A DNA stretch of 43,261 bases from Promethearchaeota archaeon (GTDB lineage: Archaea; Asgardarchaeota; Lokiarchaeia; Sigyniarchaeales; SOKP01), in NCBI GenBank assembly GCA_016840085.1, contig JAEOTA010000079.1, positions 1-43,261 on the forward strand, given 5' to 3'. The notes below the pieces were generated by a model that worked only from the letters and a program-made list of their open reading frames with translations, was not told where the DNA came from and did not search any database. A program made the translations under genes and the position numbers. Shown piece by piece: positions 10,023 to 19,492 of the stretch (its first letter is position 1; the number at the start of each line of letters is the position of its first letter).

Positions 10023-10916
10023 ATGAATTATATGAAATCAATGGATAAAGCATCTCAGACTATAACTTTAAAGGATGGGCGGAAATTCGGTTATGGGGAA
10101 TTTGGTGATTCAAAAGGTAAACCAATTTTCCATTTTCATGGCTATGTAGGATCTCGTTTAGAAGGAAAGATGCTTGAGGATAAAGCACTTCAACATGGTG
10201 TTCGAATAATATCAGTTGATCGACCAGGGATTGGACTTTCAGATTTTAAGCCTAAACGTACGCTTCTAGAATTTCCAGATGATATTGTGGAACTTGCTGA
10301 TGCTTTAGGTTTCGACGGATTTGTTGTAGAGGGAATATCAGGAGGAGGACCATATGCTTTGGCATGTGCTTATAAAATACCAGATCGCCTAATAAGATGC
10401 GGGGTAATTGCTGGAATGGGGCCTATTGAGCTGGGTACAAAAGGAATGATGAGGAGCAATAGAATAGAATTCTTTTTAATTAAACGGTTCTTTTGGTTAT
10501 TCAAAATCCTTATAAAAAGTCAAGGAAAGGTATTTACCAATCCTGAAAAGGTTAAAAAAGCATTTCAAAAAAGCGCAAATAAATTACCTGAGCCTGATAA
10601 AAAATTACTTTTAGATCCTGAGTTTCAAAATCTAATGATAGAAGAAGTTGCTGAAGCATTTCGTCAGGGTCCAAAAGGACCAGCATATGAAGGTAAAATC
10701 TATGTTAAACAATGGGGATTTAATTTAGAAGATATTTCACGTGACCTGAAGGTGTATTTATGGCATGGTGAATTAGATGTAAATGTTCCTATAACTATGG
10801 GGCGTACCATGTGCAACGCAATACCTAACTGTGAGGGAAAGATTTATCCAAATGAAGCACATCTCTCCGTAGCAATTAATAATATAGACGAGATATTGAC
10901 AACATTAGTAAAATAA
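10023..10916 (+). CDS. Alpha/beta hydrolase
   Basis: FHG, DRPGIGLSD, GISGG elbow, HGELD and EAH. Confidence 0.9.
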   Translation: MNYMKSMDKASQTITLKDGRKFGYGEFGDSKGKPIFHFHGYVGSRLEGKMLEDKALQHGVRIISVDRPGIGLSDFKPKRTLLEFPDDIVELADALGFDGFVVEGISGGGPYALACAYKIPDRLIRCGVIAGMGPIELGTKGMMRSNRIEFFLIKRFFWLFKILIKSQGKVFTNPEKVKKAFQKSANKLPEPDKKLLLDPEFQNLMIEEVAEAFRQGPKGPAYEGKIYVKQWGFNLEDISRDLKVYLWHGELDVNVPITMGRTMCNAIPNCEGKIYPNEAHLSVAINNIDEILTTLVK

Positions 10917-11005
10917 AAGATTGGGATATTTTTTTTAAAACTATTAGCAAAATGTAATAATATTATAAACAATTATAGAAGTGGGAATAATCAGAAGAAT
11001 CAAAT

Positions 11006-12876
11006 TTAAAATCTATATTTTCCATTATTAATCCCATCAAAGATTTCTTTAGTTAATTCAGCATATTCAGAAGTACCCGGTAAAAGTACAAATAAGGGGT
11101 CTTCGATTTTATTAGGATCAAAGCCTTCTTTTTTCATATCAATTTTTTGGATTTTAAGAGTCGCTGTTGTTTCAATTTCCTTTCGAAAGCGTATAAACTT
11201 AGGGACCGCATATTCTGGTAAATATTCCTGTAAATAACTTAAAAAACTCGAAAGTTCAAATTTCTTAATATCAGAGTCTCCAATAACGATTGAAGCCATT
11301 CCAGCACGCCCTTCTGTATTTGGAATCAATACTTCATATACGGCACAAATTTCTACTTGTTCAAAATTGTTGATAACAGTTTCAACTTCTTCTGTAGATA
11401 CATTTTCTCCTTTCCACCTGAAAGTATCACCAAGTCTATCCACAAATTGAGCATGACTATGGCCAATATCGCGTAAAAGATCTCCTGTGTTAAGATACAT
11501 ATCTCCCTCTTCAAAAACATTGCGAAAGATTTTCTTTTCATCTGCTCTTTTGTCTTTATACATATAAAAAGTATCAGGTTCAACTTGACCCAATAATAAA
11601 CCTGCTTCTCCAGGTTCAGCTCTAATTAAAAATCCATTCTCATCATGTATGGGTTCATCAGTATCGATATCATATTTAACAATAGCATAAAGACCAATAC
11701 AAAAGCCAACAGTACAATCTCTATTAAATATATTAGCAAAATTTGGATTAAATCTTTCTGTAGCACCATAAAACTCACAAATTCTACGGATTCCGAAACG
11801 TTTTTTAAAATCTTTCCATATATCAGGACGAAGTCCGTTTCCTACACACTTTTTCACTGGATTCTTTTTATCATCTTTCTTTGGGGGCTGGTTAAATAAA
11901 TACCTACATATCTCTCCAATATAATTAAAACAAGTAGCTTTGAATTTTCTTGTATCTTTCCAGAAATTACTAGCGCTAAATTTTCTCCTAATAGCTTTAG
12001 TGGAGCCATATCTTAAGGCTGCAGCATATGCTACATTAATTGCGTTTGAATGAAAGAGTGGTGTTGTAATATACATTACATCTTTTTTTTTCATACCAAA
12101 AACAATATCACCCCAATAATAACCAGCACCAACTGTATGTCCATTGGTTATTATCGCGGCTTTAGGTAAACCTGTTGTACCACTAGTAAATATATAAGCA
12201 TAAGGATCTCTTGCCTCTATTTCTACTGAAGTTGGGGGATTTTTAATATCCTCATTTTTAACTTCTTCAAAGAGGTTAATGAATCCTTTTGGCATATTTT
12301 TTTCACATTTTTAGGTAGAAAGTAGAGATTACGGGCTTGATCTTCTGTTATTTCAAGTTTAGATTTAACCTCTTCAAAAGCATCAATAAGTTCTTCACCT
12401 ATTATAAAAACCTTCCCAGGAGCATGTTTTATACTATGAGTAAATGGGTCCTGTCTTTGATTTGTATTTATCAATGAAGATATCACACCAATTTTAGCCA
12501 TTGCGACAATTATAAATAATATCTCAGGACGGTTTTCCAAGTAAACAATAGCAACATCTCCTTTCTTTAAACCAACTTTATTAAGGAAATAATTAGCATA
12601 CCGATTAATCCATTCATTATATTCTTTATAGGTATACTTAATATCTTCATACAATATCGCAATATGCTTAGGTTGCTTTTCCGCAAATTTTTCTGTCCAC
12701 ACTCCAATAGAATCTTTATCTTCAGGTTTTCTATCTAAATTTATTTCTACAGCTTTACGAATTTTTCTTCGTCGTGGAAGAACATATAACCGTCCCATTA
12801 GATAATCTTTTTTTGTTATGAGATATGAATTTTTTTTATTTAGAGTTTTTGGCAAGATAATCTCTCTTTTTCTCAA
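11006..12876 (-). pseudogene. Long-chain acyl-CoA synthetase (FATP/FadD6-like), frameshifted near 12297-12307
   Basis: The N-terminal ORF 12223-12876 (YTYKEYNEWINRYA, GDVAIVYLENRPE) overlaps the C-terminal ORF 11006-12295 (YIFTSGTTGLPKAA, YIGEICRY, GNGLR, FYGATE, DRLGDTFRWKGENVST). One added base joins them. Confidence 0.85.
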
Positions 12877-13026
12877 GTTTTAATAGATAAATAATGGTCT
12901 GAAAAGAAATTTTAATTCAAAAAATTAATACTATGATTAATTTTCTTGCCTTATAAAATTATAATTGGCGTATACTATTTTGTCAATAGACCTAATATGT
13001 AAGAGGAAAATTATTAAAAAATAGAA

Positions 13027-14211
13027 TTACTCTTCTTTATCTCTTTCAAAATGTTTTGCTTCTTCAAACATTTGCTTTTCCCATTCAAACGCCTTTTTTT
13101 CTTCTTCGAATTGTTGTTTTTTCCGATTAAATGCTTCCTTTGCTTCTTCAAGTTTTTGTTGCTCTTGCCAATATTTTTCTTTTTCTTTTTCAAATTCCAG
13201 TTTCTCCTGTTTAAATACTTCTTTTTCTTTATTGAACTTTAATTTATCCTCCCTTAACTTCTCTCTTTCCTCAATTTCAGATTCTAACCTTACTTTTTGA
13301 TTTATTTCATCTTCTACTTTTTCTCTTTCAAATTGTTTTGCTTCTTCAAACATCTGCTTTTCCCACTCAAATGCTTCTTGTGCTTCTTCAAATCCCCGTT
13401 TTTCTTGTGTAAATTTTACTTTTTCTTCTTCGAATTTTTGCTTTTCCTTATCAACTCTCTTTTTTTTTTCAATTTCAGGTCTCTTTAATTCTATTCCTAT
13501 ACTTTCTTTTATTGTATCTTCTATGATTTTTCTTTGCTTAATATCTCTTATATCTTCAAATTTTTCAACCTCTATCATCTGAGAGGTTTCTTGTTTTATT
13601 TTATCCTGCAATATGTCAATAAACTTTTCTTCTTCTCGTATTATTAAATTTAAATTAATTTGCCGAGCTAAGTCGATGATTTCCGTTGCTGTTTGAATTG
13701 CTTCTTTATATTCCTCTTTAGTATAATGATCTTGTTTCTTTTTTTTCAAATTTTCTATTTGATTGCTCAAATGTTCTTTAGAGTGTATTTTATTTTGTAT
13801 TTCAGTGATGAAATATTTTTCTTCATTTACAATAAGTTTTAGATTATTCTTGATGGCCATATTTATTATTTTTTTACTGAGCTCAATGGCTTTGTCATAA
13901 TTGTTTTCATCATAATATTTTTGTTTGAGTTCTCTTAATTCTTCAATCTGTTTTTTAATTTCACTTATATTAATTTTCGGTTCTTCTATTTTTTCTTCTT
14001 TTTCAATTTGTTCACTTTCTATTAATCCCTTTCTTAATTTTGCCTCAATTACTCGACTCTCCTCTTTAGTCGCGCTGTCAATTATATCTATTTTAGAAAA
14101 AATACTGCTCTTTTTCATTTCATCTTGATCTTCTTTATTTCTTTCCATTTCTTGATTTTCTGATTTTTTCTTTTTTTCCTTTTTTTTCTCTTTTTTTTTC
14201 TTAGAACTCAA
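13027..14211 (-). CDS. Highly charged coiled-coil protein with two helical (TPR/MIT-like) repeats and duplicated AFEWEKQMFEEAK motif
   Basis: 394-aa ORF, E/K-rich heptads, visible internal repeats; TTG start is uncertain. Confidence 0.7.
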   Translation of the reverse strand: MSSKKKKEKKKEKKKKSENQEMERNKEDQDEMKKSSIFSKIDIIDSATKEESRVIEAKLRKGLIESEQIEKEEKIEEPKINISEIKKQIEELRELKQKYYDENNYDKAIELSKKIINMAIKNNLKLIVNEEKYFITEIQNKIHSKEHLSNQIENLKKKKQDHYTKEEYKEAIQTATEIIDLARQINLNLIIREEEKFIDILQDKIKQETSQMIEVEKFEDIRDIKQRKIIEDTIKESIGIELKRPEIEKKKRVDKEKQKFEEEKVKFTQEKRGFEEAQEAFEWEKQMFEEAKQFEREKVEDEINQKVRLESEIEEREKLREDKLKFNKEKEVFKQEKLEFEKEKEKYWQEQQKLEEAKEAFNRKKQQFEEEKKAFEWEKQMFEEAKHFERDKEE

Positions 14212-14479
14212 ACTTTATTATCATTCCATTATTTTTTTGATTTTCAATTTTTAAAATACAGCACTCTATCTAGAAAAAGAATTTGAATAAAAATATTACT
14301 TATTGAAGATTGAAGCTATCAAATTAAAATTATTGAAAGTAGATATCTTATTCATGAAGCAATTCTTTTATTTAAAAATAAAACTGATAGACCTAAAAAT
14401 TCTAGTATAAAAAGTAATATATTTCCAGGAAACACCAATATCTTCCCGATCCAGAGTATTCTTTTTTTTTAAAACTACT

Positions 14480-15430
14480 TTAGATTCCATCCCAGTGAAT
14501 CCGTAATTCATTGCATTTACTGAAAAGATCTAATGCATTGAAGGGCGCATCCCAAGGCTCTACATTCCGGAATTCTCGATAGGCCCTGTTAACATTAAAG
14601 AATAATCGCTCTGGCTCGGTCCAATCAGTATAAGGTCCGAGATTGATCTTTTTCGATGCCTCAAGAGGATCGAGTCCCTCATTAAAGAAACGCTTGGCCT
14701 CAGAATATACAAACTCGAAATAAGCCCGTAACTCCTTCACTTCATTGACGCCACAGAGAGGACCATGCCCTGAAACAATAACCTCGGGCTCAAAGGATAA
14801 CACAAGATCTAACGCTTCAATCCACTTATCATGCGTGCCTTCCCAACCGATTGGTGTGCATTTCCAGAAGACAATATCGCCAGCAAAAATGACTTTATGT
14901 TCGGGGAGATACACGATTATATCCCCAGAAGTGTGTGCTGGGCCAACATAAATAAGTTGGCAGGGGTAGCCATCAAGTTCAAGATCAAACCTATCTTCGA
15001 TTAAATGATTTGGCAACGTAAGCTCAATTCCCGAAAAGTCAAACTGACTTAATCCCACTACAAATTGTTTCATTCCAGGTGGAAAAACCTCAGGATTTTG
15101 TATCCATTTCTGGAATAACCCCGGCAAATTACGCTTTTTTTCTTTTTCTATTTCTTCAGCACAGAGGCGATGTGCAATAATCTCAGAGTCTTGGAAAAGT
15201 TGATTACCCCAAGTATGATCACCATTGTGATGGGTATTCACGAGTCGTCGTGCTGGAGTAGGTGATATTGTTTTATAGAGCTCGATCATCTGCTTTGTAC
15301 GGTTCAAATCGTAAAAGGTATCAATAGCCAACCCTCCACCAAGATTCACGAACCCTGCGTTATTCCATCCAATTCCTCTGTCCTCCTGTAAGCAGGCATA
15401 TACGTCCTTTGCTATTTCTTTTAGTTCCAT
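14480..15430 (-). CDS. MBL-fold metallo-hydrolase (cyclase-like subgroup)
   Basis: NTHHNGDHTWGN, AHTSGD, FAGD and SGHG motifs; GAGGA SD upstream. Confidence 0.9.
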   Translation of the reverse strand: MELKEIAKDVYACLQEDRGIGWNNAGFVNLGGGLAIDTFYDLNRTKQMIELYKTISPTPARRLVNTHHNGDHTWGNQLFQDSEIIAHRLCAEEIEKEKKRNLPGLFQKWIQNPEVFPPGMKQFVVGLSQFDFSGIELTLPNHLIEDRFDLELDGYPCQLIYVGPAHTSGDIIVYLPEHKVIFAGDIVFWKCTPIGWEGTHDKWIEALDLVLSFEPEVIVSGHGPLCGVNEVKELRAYFEFVYSEAKRFFNEGLDPLEASKKINLGPYTDWTEPERLFFNVNRAYREFRNVEPWDAPFNALDLFSKCNELRIHWDGI

Positions 15431-15602
15431 TATTATCCTCTTATACTTAATTTATATCTTGTTTATTAACTCTAACACTTTTTGCAATTATATTAAGAAA
15501 TTTCGTTAAGAGAAGTAGATTTCTATAATTAAAAAATCTATATATGTTAAATATCAGATTTTAGTCGAATTGAATTAAGATGATGGATATGCACGTATGG
15601 GT

Positions 15603-15815
15603 CTAAAAAGAAGAGTTTCCTTTATTTCCAGTCATGATTAATTCTTTATTTTTTTCCTTTGCTTGTATTTCTGATATTTCTATAGCCTCAATGATTCTTT
15701 TATTTAATTCATCTAAGGATTTCGCTTGTGTATGACAACCTGGTAATTCAGGGACACTTGCAATGTAATATCCATCTTCATCCTGTTCAATGATAATATT
15801 AAACTCTTTTTTCAT
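15603..15815 (-). CDS. hicB: HicB-family antitoxin-like protein (orphan)
   Basis: IIIEQDEDGYYIASVPELPGCHTQAKSLDEL...EAI signature; GAGGA SD. Confidence 0.8.
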   Translation of the reverse strand: MKKEFNIIIEQDEDGYYIASVPELPGCHTQAKSLDELNKRIIEAIEISEIQAKEKNKELIMTGNKGNSSF

Positions 15816-16260
15816 TAGCTTCCTCTTATTTAATATAAAAAGTTAAAATTAATCTTATTTAATCATCTAATAGTAATATAGATTAATATTTTTATTTAAA
15901 GATGTAAAAAATATTTTAAAATAAAGAATCATCATCTTTTATTTAACTCTTACAAATATCTTTTGATATCAAGCTATTGGATTATGATTTGTTAAAACTG
16001 AACTATACATATATAAATTACTTAGATTTAATATTTTTGTTCGATATTACCCAAAAATCTCAGAATTATTAAAAAAAATCGTATTTTTTAATAGCTTATA
16101 ATATCTTTGATAATGTTATTTAATCAAAAAATTATTTAAGTAAAATTCTATAATATAACTCAACATTTAACAATAATTTAAATCATTACATTAAAAATTT
16201 TAATAAAAAACATTAAAGCTAAAAGTTAACAAATATAACATAGAGGAAATCACCCAAAAA

Positions 16261-17451
16261 ATGATAATCTCGTTCCCAAATATGGGACCCAATTGGGTTG
16301 CGTTTAAAACATTGTTTGAAACCTTAGATCCATCGATTAAAGTAGTAGTGCCCGATCCTACCAATCGTGAGGCAATCAAAATCGGCGTAAAATATAGTCC
16401 GGAATTTGTGTGTTTTCCATTTAAAGCCACTTTGGGAGATTTTGTAAATGCAATTAAAAAGGGTGCTGATACTTTAGTGATGGCTATAGATTGCGGACCA
16501 TGTCGTTTCGGATTTTATCACGCAGTTCAAGAAAGGCTCCTTCATGATATGGGATATAAAAATGTGAGAGTAATCCCTTTAGACCAGGCAGATCTCTTGG
16601 AATTTCACTGGGTCAAAACTCTCCAAGAAGTTAGTGATATAAGCGGTCTTTTTGCATATCCTCGGTATTTAAAAGCAGTGATCTTTTTCTTGAAAAAAGC
16701 TAAGTTCTTACATGATATTCAGACTGCTGAAGGGTTATTCCGCGCATATGAACGAAATCAAGGAGATACTACCCGTGTATTAAATAACTTATTAAATAAA
16801 CTTGATCAAACTAATACTCTTACAGAATTACGTAATTTTAAGAATGTCATTAAAGAAGACTTTAATTCAATTGATGTTGACAAAACAAGAACTCCTCTAC
16901 GGGTTGCAATATTTGGTGAAATTCATATTAGTTTAGAGCCATATGTTAATGTGGATATTCGTAGAAAACTTGGAGAATTAGGAGTTGAAGTTCACCAAAA
17001 TTTAAGCCTTAAAGATTGGGTTTATCATAAATTTCACCTTAATTTTCACCGTAAGTGGCTTGAACATTTAGCACATCCGTATATGCCAATGGATATTGGA
17101 GGAGAATGCTTATGGGTAATTGGTGAATATATAGATAGAGCCCAAAGTGGTTTTAGTGGGGCGACCCATATATACCCCTTCACGTGCATGCCCGAAGTGA
17201 CTGCCAGGACAATTATAACTAATAAATTAAAGAAAATGTACGATCTCCCCATAATATTTTTCTCTTTTGATGAGCAAACTGGAATAGAAGGAATGCGTAC
17301 GCGCCTCGAAGCATTTGTTGATCTAATGAATTCAAGACGCAACCATAAATTAAAGACTGAAAAATTTTCCCTTGAAAAAGAAAAGAAGAGTTTTTATGAA
17401 TCAAATGGATCCCATTTTTTTCATGAATGTGTTGAATTATTGCTAACATAA
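16261..17451 (+). CDS. PlsR-like / 'CoA protein activase' reductase-dehydratase subunit
   Basis: ISFPNMG, SPEFVCFPFK, GPCRFGFY, GEI, PFTCMPE and FDEQTG...TRLEAFVD motifs. Confidence 0.85.
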   Translation: MIISFPNMGPNWVAFKTLFETLDPSIKVVVPDPTNREAIKIGVKYSPEFVCFPFKATLGDFVNAIKKGADTLVMAIDCGPCRFGFYHAVQERLLHDMGYKNVRVIPLDQADLLEFHWVKTLQEVSDISGLFAYPRYLKAVIFFLKKAKFLHDIQTAEGLFRAYERNQGDTTRVLNNLLNKLDQTNTLTELRNFKNVIKEDFNSIDVDKTRTPLRVAIFGEIHISLEPYVNVDIRRKLGELGVEVHQNLSLKDWVYHKFHLNFHRKWLEHLAHPYMPMDIGGECLWVIGEYIDRAQSGFSGATHIYPFTCMPEVTARTIITNKLKKMYDLPIIFFSFDEQTGIEGMRTRLEAFVDLMNSRRNHKLKTEKFSLEKEKKSFYESNGSHFFHECVELLLT

Positions 17452-17466
17452 TAAAATTGTGATTAA

Positions 17467-18504
17467 ATGGTACAGGTACAAGTGTCAGAAGCTGACAAGG
17501 TTATAAGTGACGATGGAAAGCAGGATGCTTTTCTTGGAATTGATATTGGGAGTGTAACCTGTAAATTTGTGTTGATGGATAGAGATGGGAATGTTCTGAG
17601 TTCTGTTTTCTTACGTAATCGGGGCTCTCCGATAGAATCGGCTAAAGCTGGGATGGCAGAATTAAGGGAAAATATTGAGCAGAGTGATGAATTACAAGAA
17701 TATGCAATACGCAGTTGTGGAACGACAGGTTCGGCAAGATATTTAACGAAAGCGGTAGTTGGAGGAGATCTTGCTAAAACAGAGATTATTGCCCATGCTG
17801 TAGCTACACAATCTATAATTCCAGATGTAAGAACTATTTTAGAAATCGGGGGACAGGACTCAAAAATAATAATTCTTCGAGATGGTATTATTATAGATTT
17901 TGCGATGAATTCTGTATGTGCTGCGGGAACAGGTTCTTTCCTTGATCATCAAGCTGCGAGACTTGGAATCCCAATCGAAGATTTTGGTGATTATGCGATA
18001 AAGTCCAAAAATCCGGTAAGTATTGCAGGAAGATGTACTGTATTTGCCGAATCTGATATGATCCATAAGCAGAATGCGGGTTATTCAAGAGAAGATATCA
18101 TTGCTGGGCTCTGTGATTCGTTGGTAAGAAATTATATGAATAATTTATCTAAAGGGAAGGAATTAGAGGAACCTATTGCATTTCAAGGAGGAGTCTCTTA
18201 TAATAAAGGAATTATTCAAGCATTTGAAAGGCATTTAGGTTGTAAGATTATTGTTCCTAAATATAATGTATTAATGGGGGCTTTGGGAATGGCTATCCTC
18301 GTAAGAGATTATTATATAGAACATCCAACAGAAACACTCTTCCGAGGTCTCCAGGTTGCTGAAATTGAATTTACAACAAGTGCATTCAATTGTGGTGATT
18401 GTCCAAACAATTGTGAGATTGTACAGGTCAAAATGCCTGAATTTGGGAATAAAATAATAGCACGCTGGGGCAGTAGATGCGGAAAATGGGACCAGCTAAC
18501 TTAG
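17467..18504 (+). CDS. Single-domain acyl-CoA dehydratase activase (BadF/BadG/BcrA/BcrD ATPase, [4Fe-4S])
   Basis: GIDIGSVTCK, TTGSAR, EIGGQDSK, MNSVCAAGTGSFLD, RCTVFAESD, QGGV and C-terminal CGDCPNNC...RC. Confidence 0.9.
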   Translation: MVQVQVSEADKVISDDGKQDAFLGIDIGSVTCKFVLMDRDGNVLSSVFLRNRGSPIESAKAGMAELRENIEQSDELQEYAIRSCGTTGSARYLTKAVVGGDLAKTEIIAHAVATQSIIPDVRTILEIGGQDSKIIILRDGIIIDFAMNSVCAAGTGSFLDHQAARLGIPIEDFGDYAIKSKNPVSIAGRCTVFAESDMIHKQNAGYSREDIIAGLCDSLVRNYMNNLSKGKELEEPIAFQGGVSYNKGIIQAFERHLGCKIIVPKYNVLMGALGMAILVRDYYIEHPTETLFRGLQVAEIEFTTSAFNCGDCPNNCEIVQVKMPEFGNKIIARWGSRCGKWDQLT

Positions 18505-18521
18505 AAGGTGTATAAAGGAAA

Positions 18522-18716
18522 ATGGCAGAATTTTTAAAACAAATAAAAGAGTTGGGTGAAGAGGTTTTTGAGACTCTACAACATAAGACGAAGTTATCGA
18601 CAATTTTTGACCTTTTTTTAGAAAAGGTTATTCCTACATTTGTATCCGAAAAGGATTTAAAAGAGTATTATGAAAAAAGAACGGAAGAAGTTGATGATTT
18701 TATAGATAAATTATAA
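18522..18716 (+). CDS. Small acidic helical hypothetical protein
   Basis: 64-aa ORF filling the gap in an apparent operon (17 and 18 nt spacers). Confidence 0.65.
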   Translation: MAEFLKQIKELGEEVFETLQHKTKLSTIFDLFLEKVIPTFVSEKDLKEYYEKRTEEVDDFIDKL

Positions 18717-18734
18717 TAAGAGGTAATAAAAAAA

Positions 18735-19433
18735 ATGAGTGAAAGTACAAGTCCGGAAAGTTCAGAAGATTCTGATAAGGTAAATATGAAGGTTGTTGCG
18801 TTTGATATGCTTTATGCCGCAGTAAAAGGCTTAAGTGGGTTATTTTTTAAAACCTTCATGGGTTTGAAAATCGAGGGAGAAACAAATATCCCGTTGAGAG
18901 GAAAAGCTATCTTAACTACAGTTACTCCAAATATCATCCGTGATATGCTTATTATTAGTCAAGTAACAGGTCGTAAAATTCATTTTATGCTTGATCCTAA
19001 ATTAATGAAGCATCAAATTGCGGGACCAGTTTTAAAGTCACTTGGAATGATTCGTGGAACGGAGAGTAAAGAAGACACAGAACCTATTGATAAAATTTTT
19101 GAAATATTAAATGAGAAGGGAGATCTTGTTGGTATGACTCCTGAAGCACGCCATGATCGTGAAGTGCAGGTGAAATCGATGGCAGCAATAATAAAGTTTG
19201 CGATTGTTGGAGAAGCTCCAATTATTCCGATAGCCATCTATACTGAGAAAATAAAGATTTTAAACATGTTTAATGGAGATGGCATTAAAGTAAAGGTTGG
19301 TACACCATTAAATGTCGAAAAGCGATTGAATCGAGAGAAATATCGAGCTGAACGCTATGAACTGGCTGAAGATATAATAAATATTATTGACTCTCTTAAA
19401 GAAACACCTGAAATCGAAGAAAGTGAACTATAA
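18735..19433 (+). CDS. PlsC-like lysophospholipid acyltransferase-fold protein with degenerate catalytic motif
   Basis: KIEGETNIP..GKAIL, RKIHFM, PEA (for PEG), APIIPIAI and VKVGTPL blocks; the HX4D position reads TVTPNIIRD; GAGGT SD. Confidence 0.75.
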   Translation: MSESTSPESSEDSDKVNMKVVAFDMLYAAVKGLSGLFFKTFMGLKIEGETNIPLRGKAILTTVTPNIIRDMLIISQVTGRKIHFMLDPKLMKHQIAGPVLKSLGMIRGTESKEDTEPIDKIFEILNEKGDLVGMTPEARHDREVQVKSMAAIIKFAIVGEAPIIPIAIYTEKIKILNMFNGDGIKVKVGTPLNVEKRLNREKYRAERYELAEDIINIIDSLKETPEIEESEL

Positions 19434-19492
19434 AAGATAATTTTGGAATCTATTTTTTATTTAATTTTTAAATTTAAAAGAATTCTACCAAT

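Noticed and set aside
13027-13450. Repeated DNA segments as a possible CRISPR or tandem array
   Set aside because: Only two copies, in frame within a coding sequence; explained by protein repeats.
15549-15641. Plus-strand peptide KYQILVELN*DDGYARMGLKRR vaguely like a HicB N-terminus
   Set aside because: Too short, interrupted by a stop, and the similarity is within chance.
15816-16260. Long AT-rich intergenic region as replication origin or ncRNA
   Set aside because: No ORB-like repeats, no cdc6/orc1 neighbour and no GC-rich structured segment; consistent with divergent promoters.
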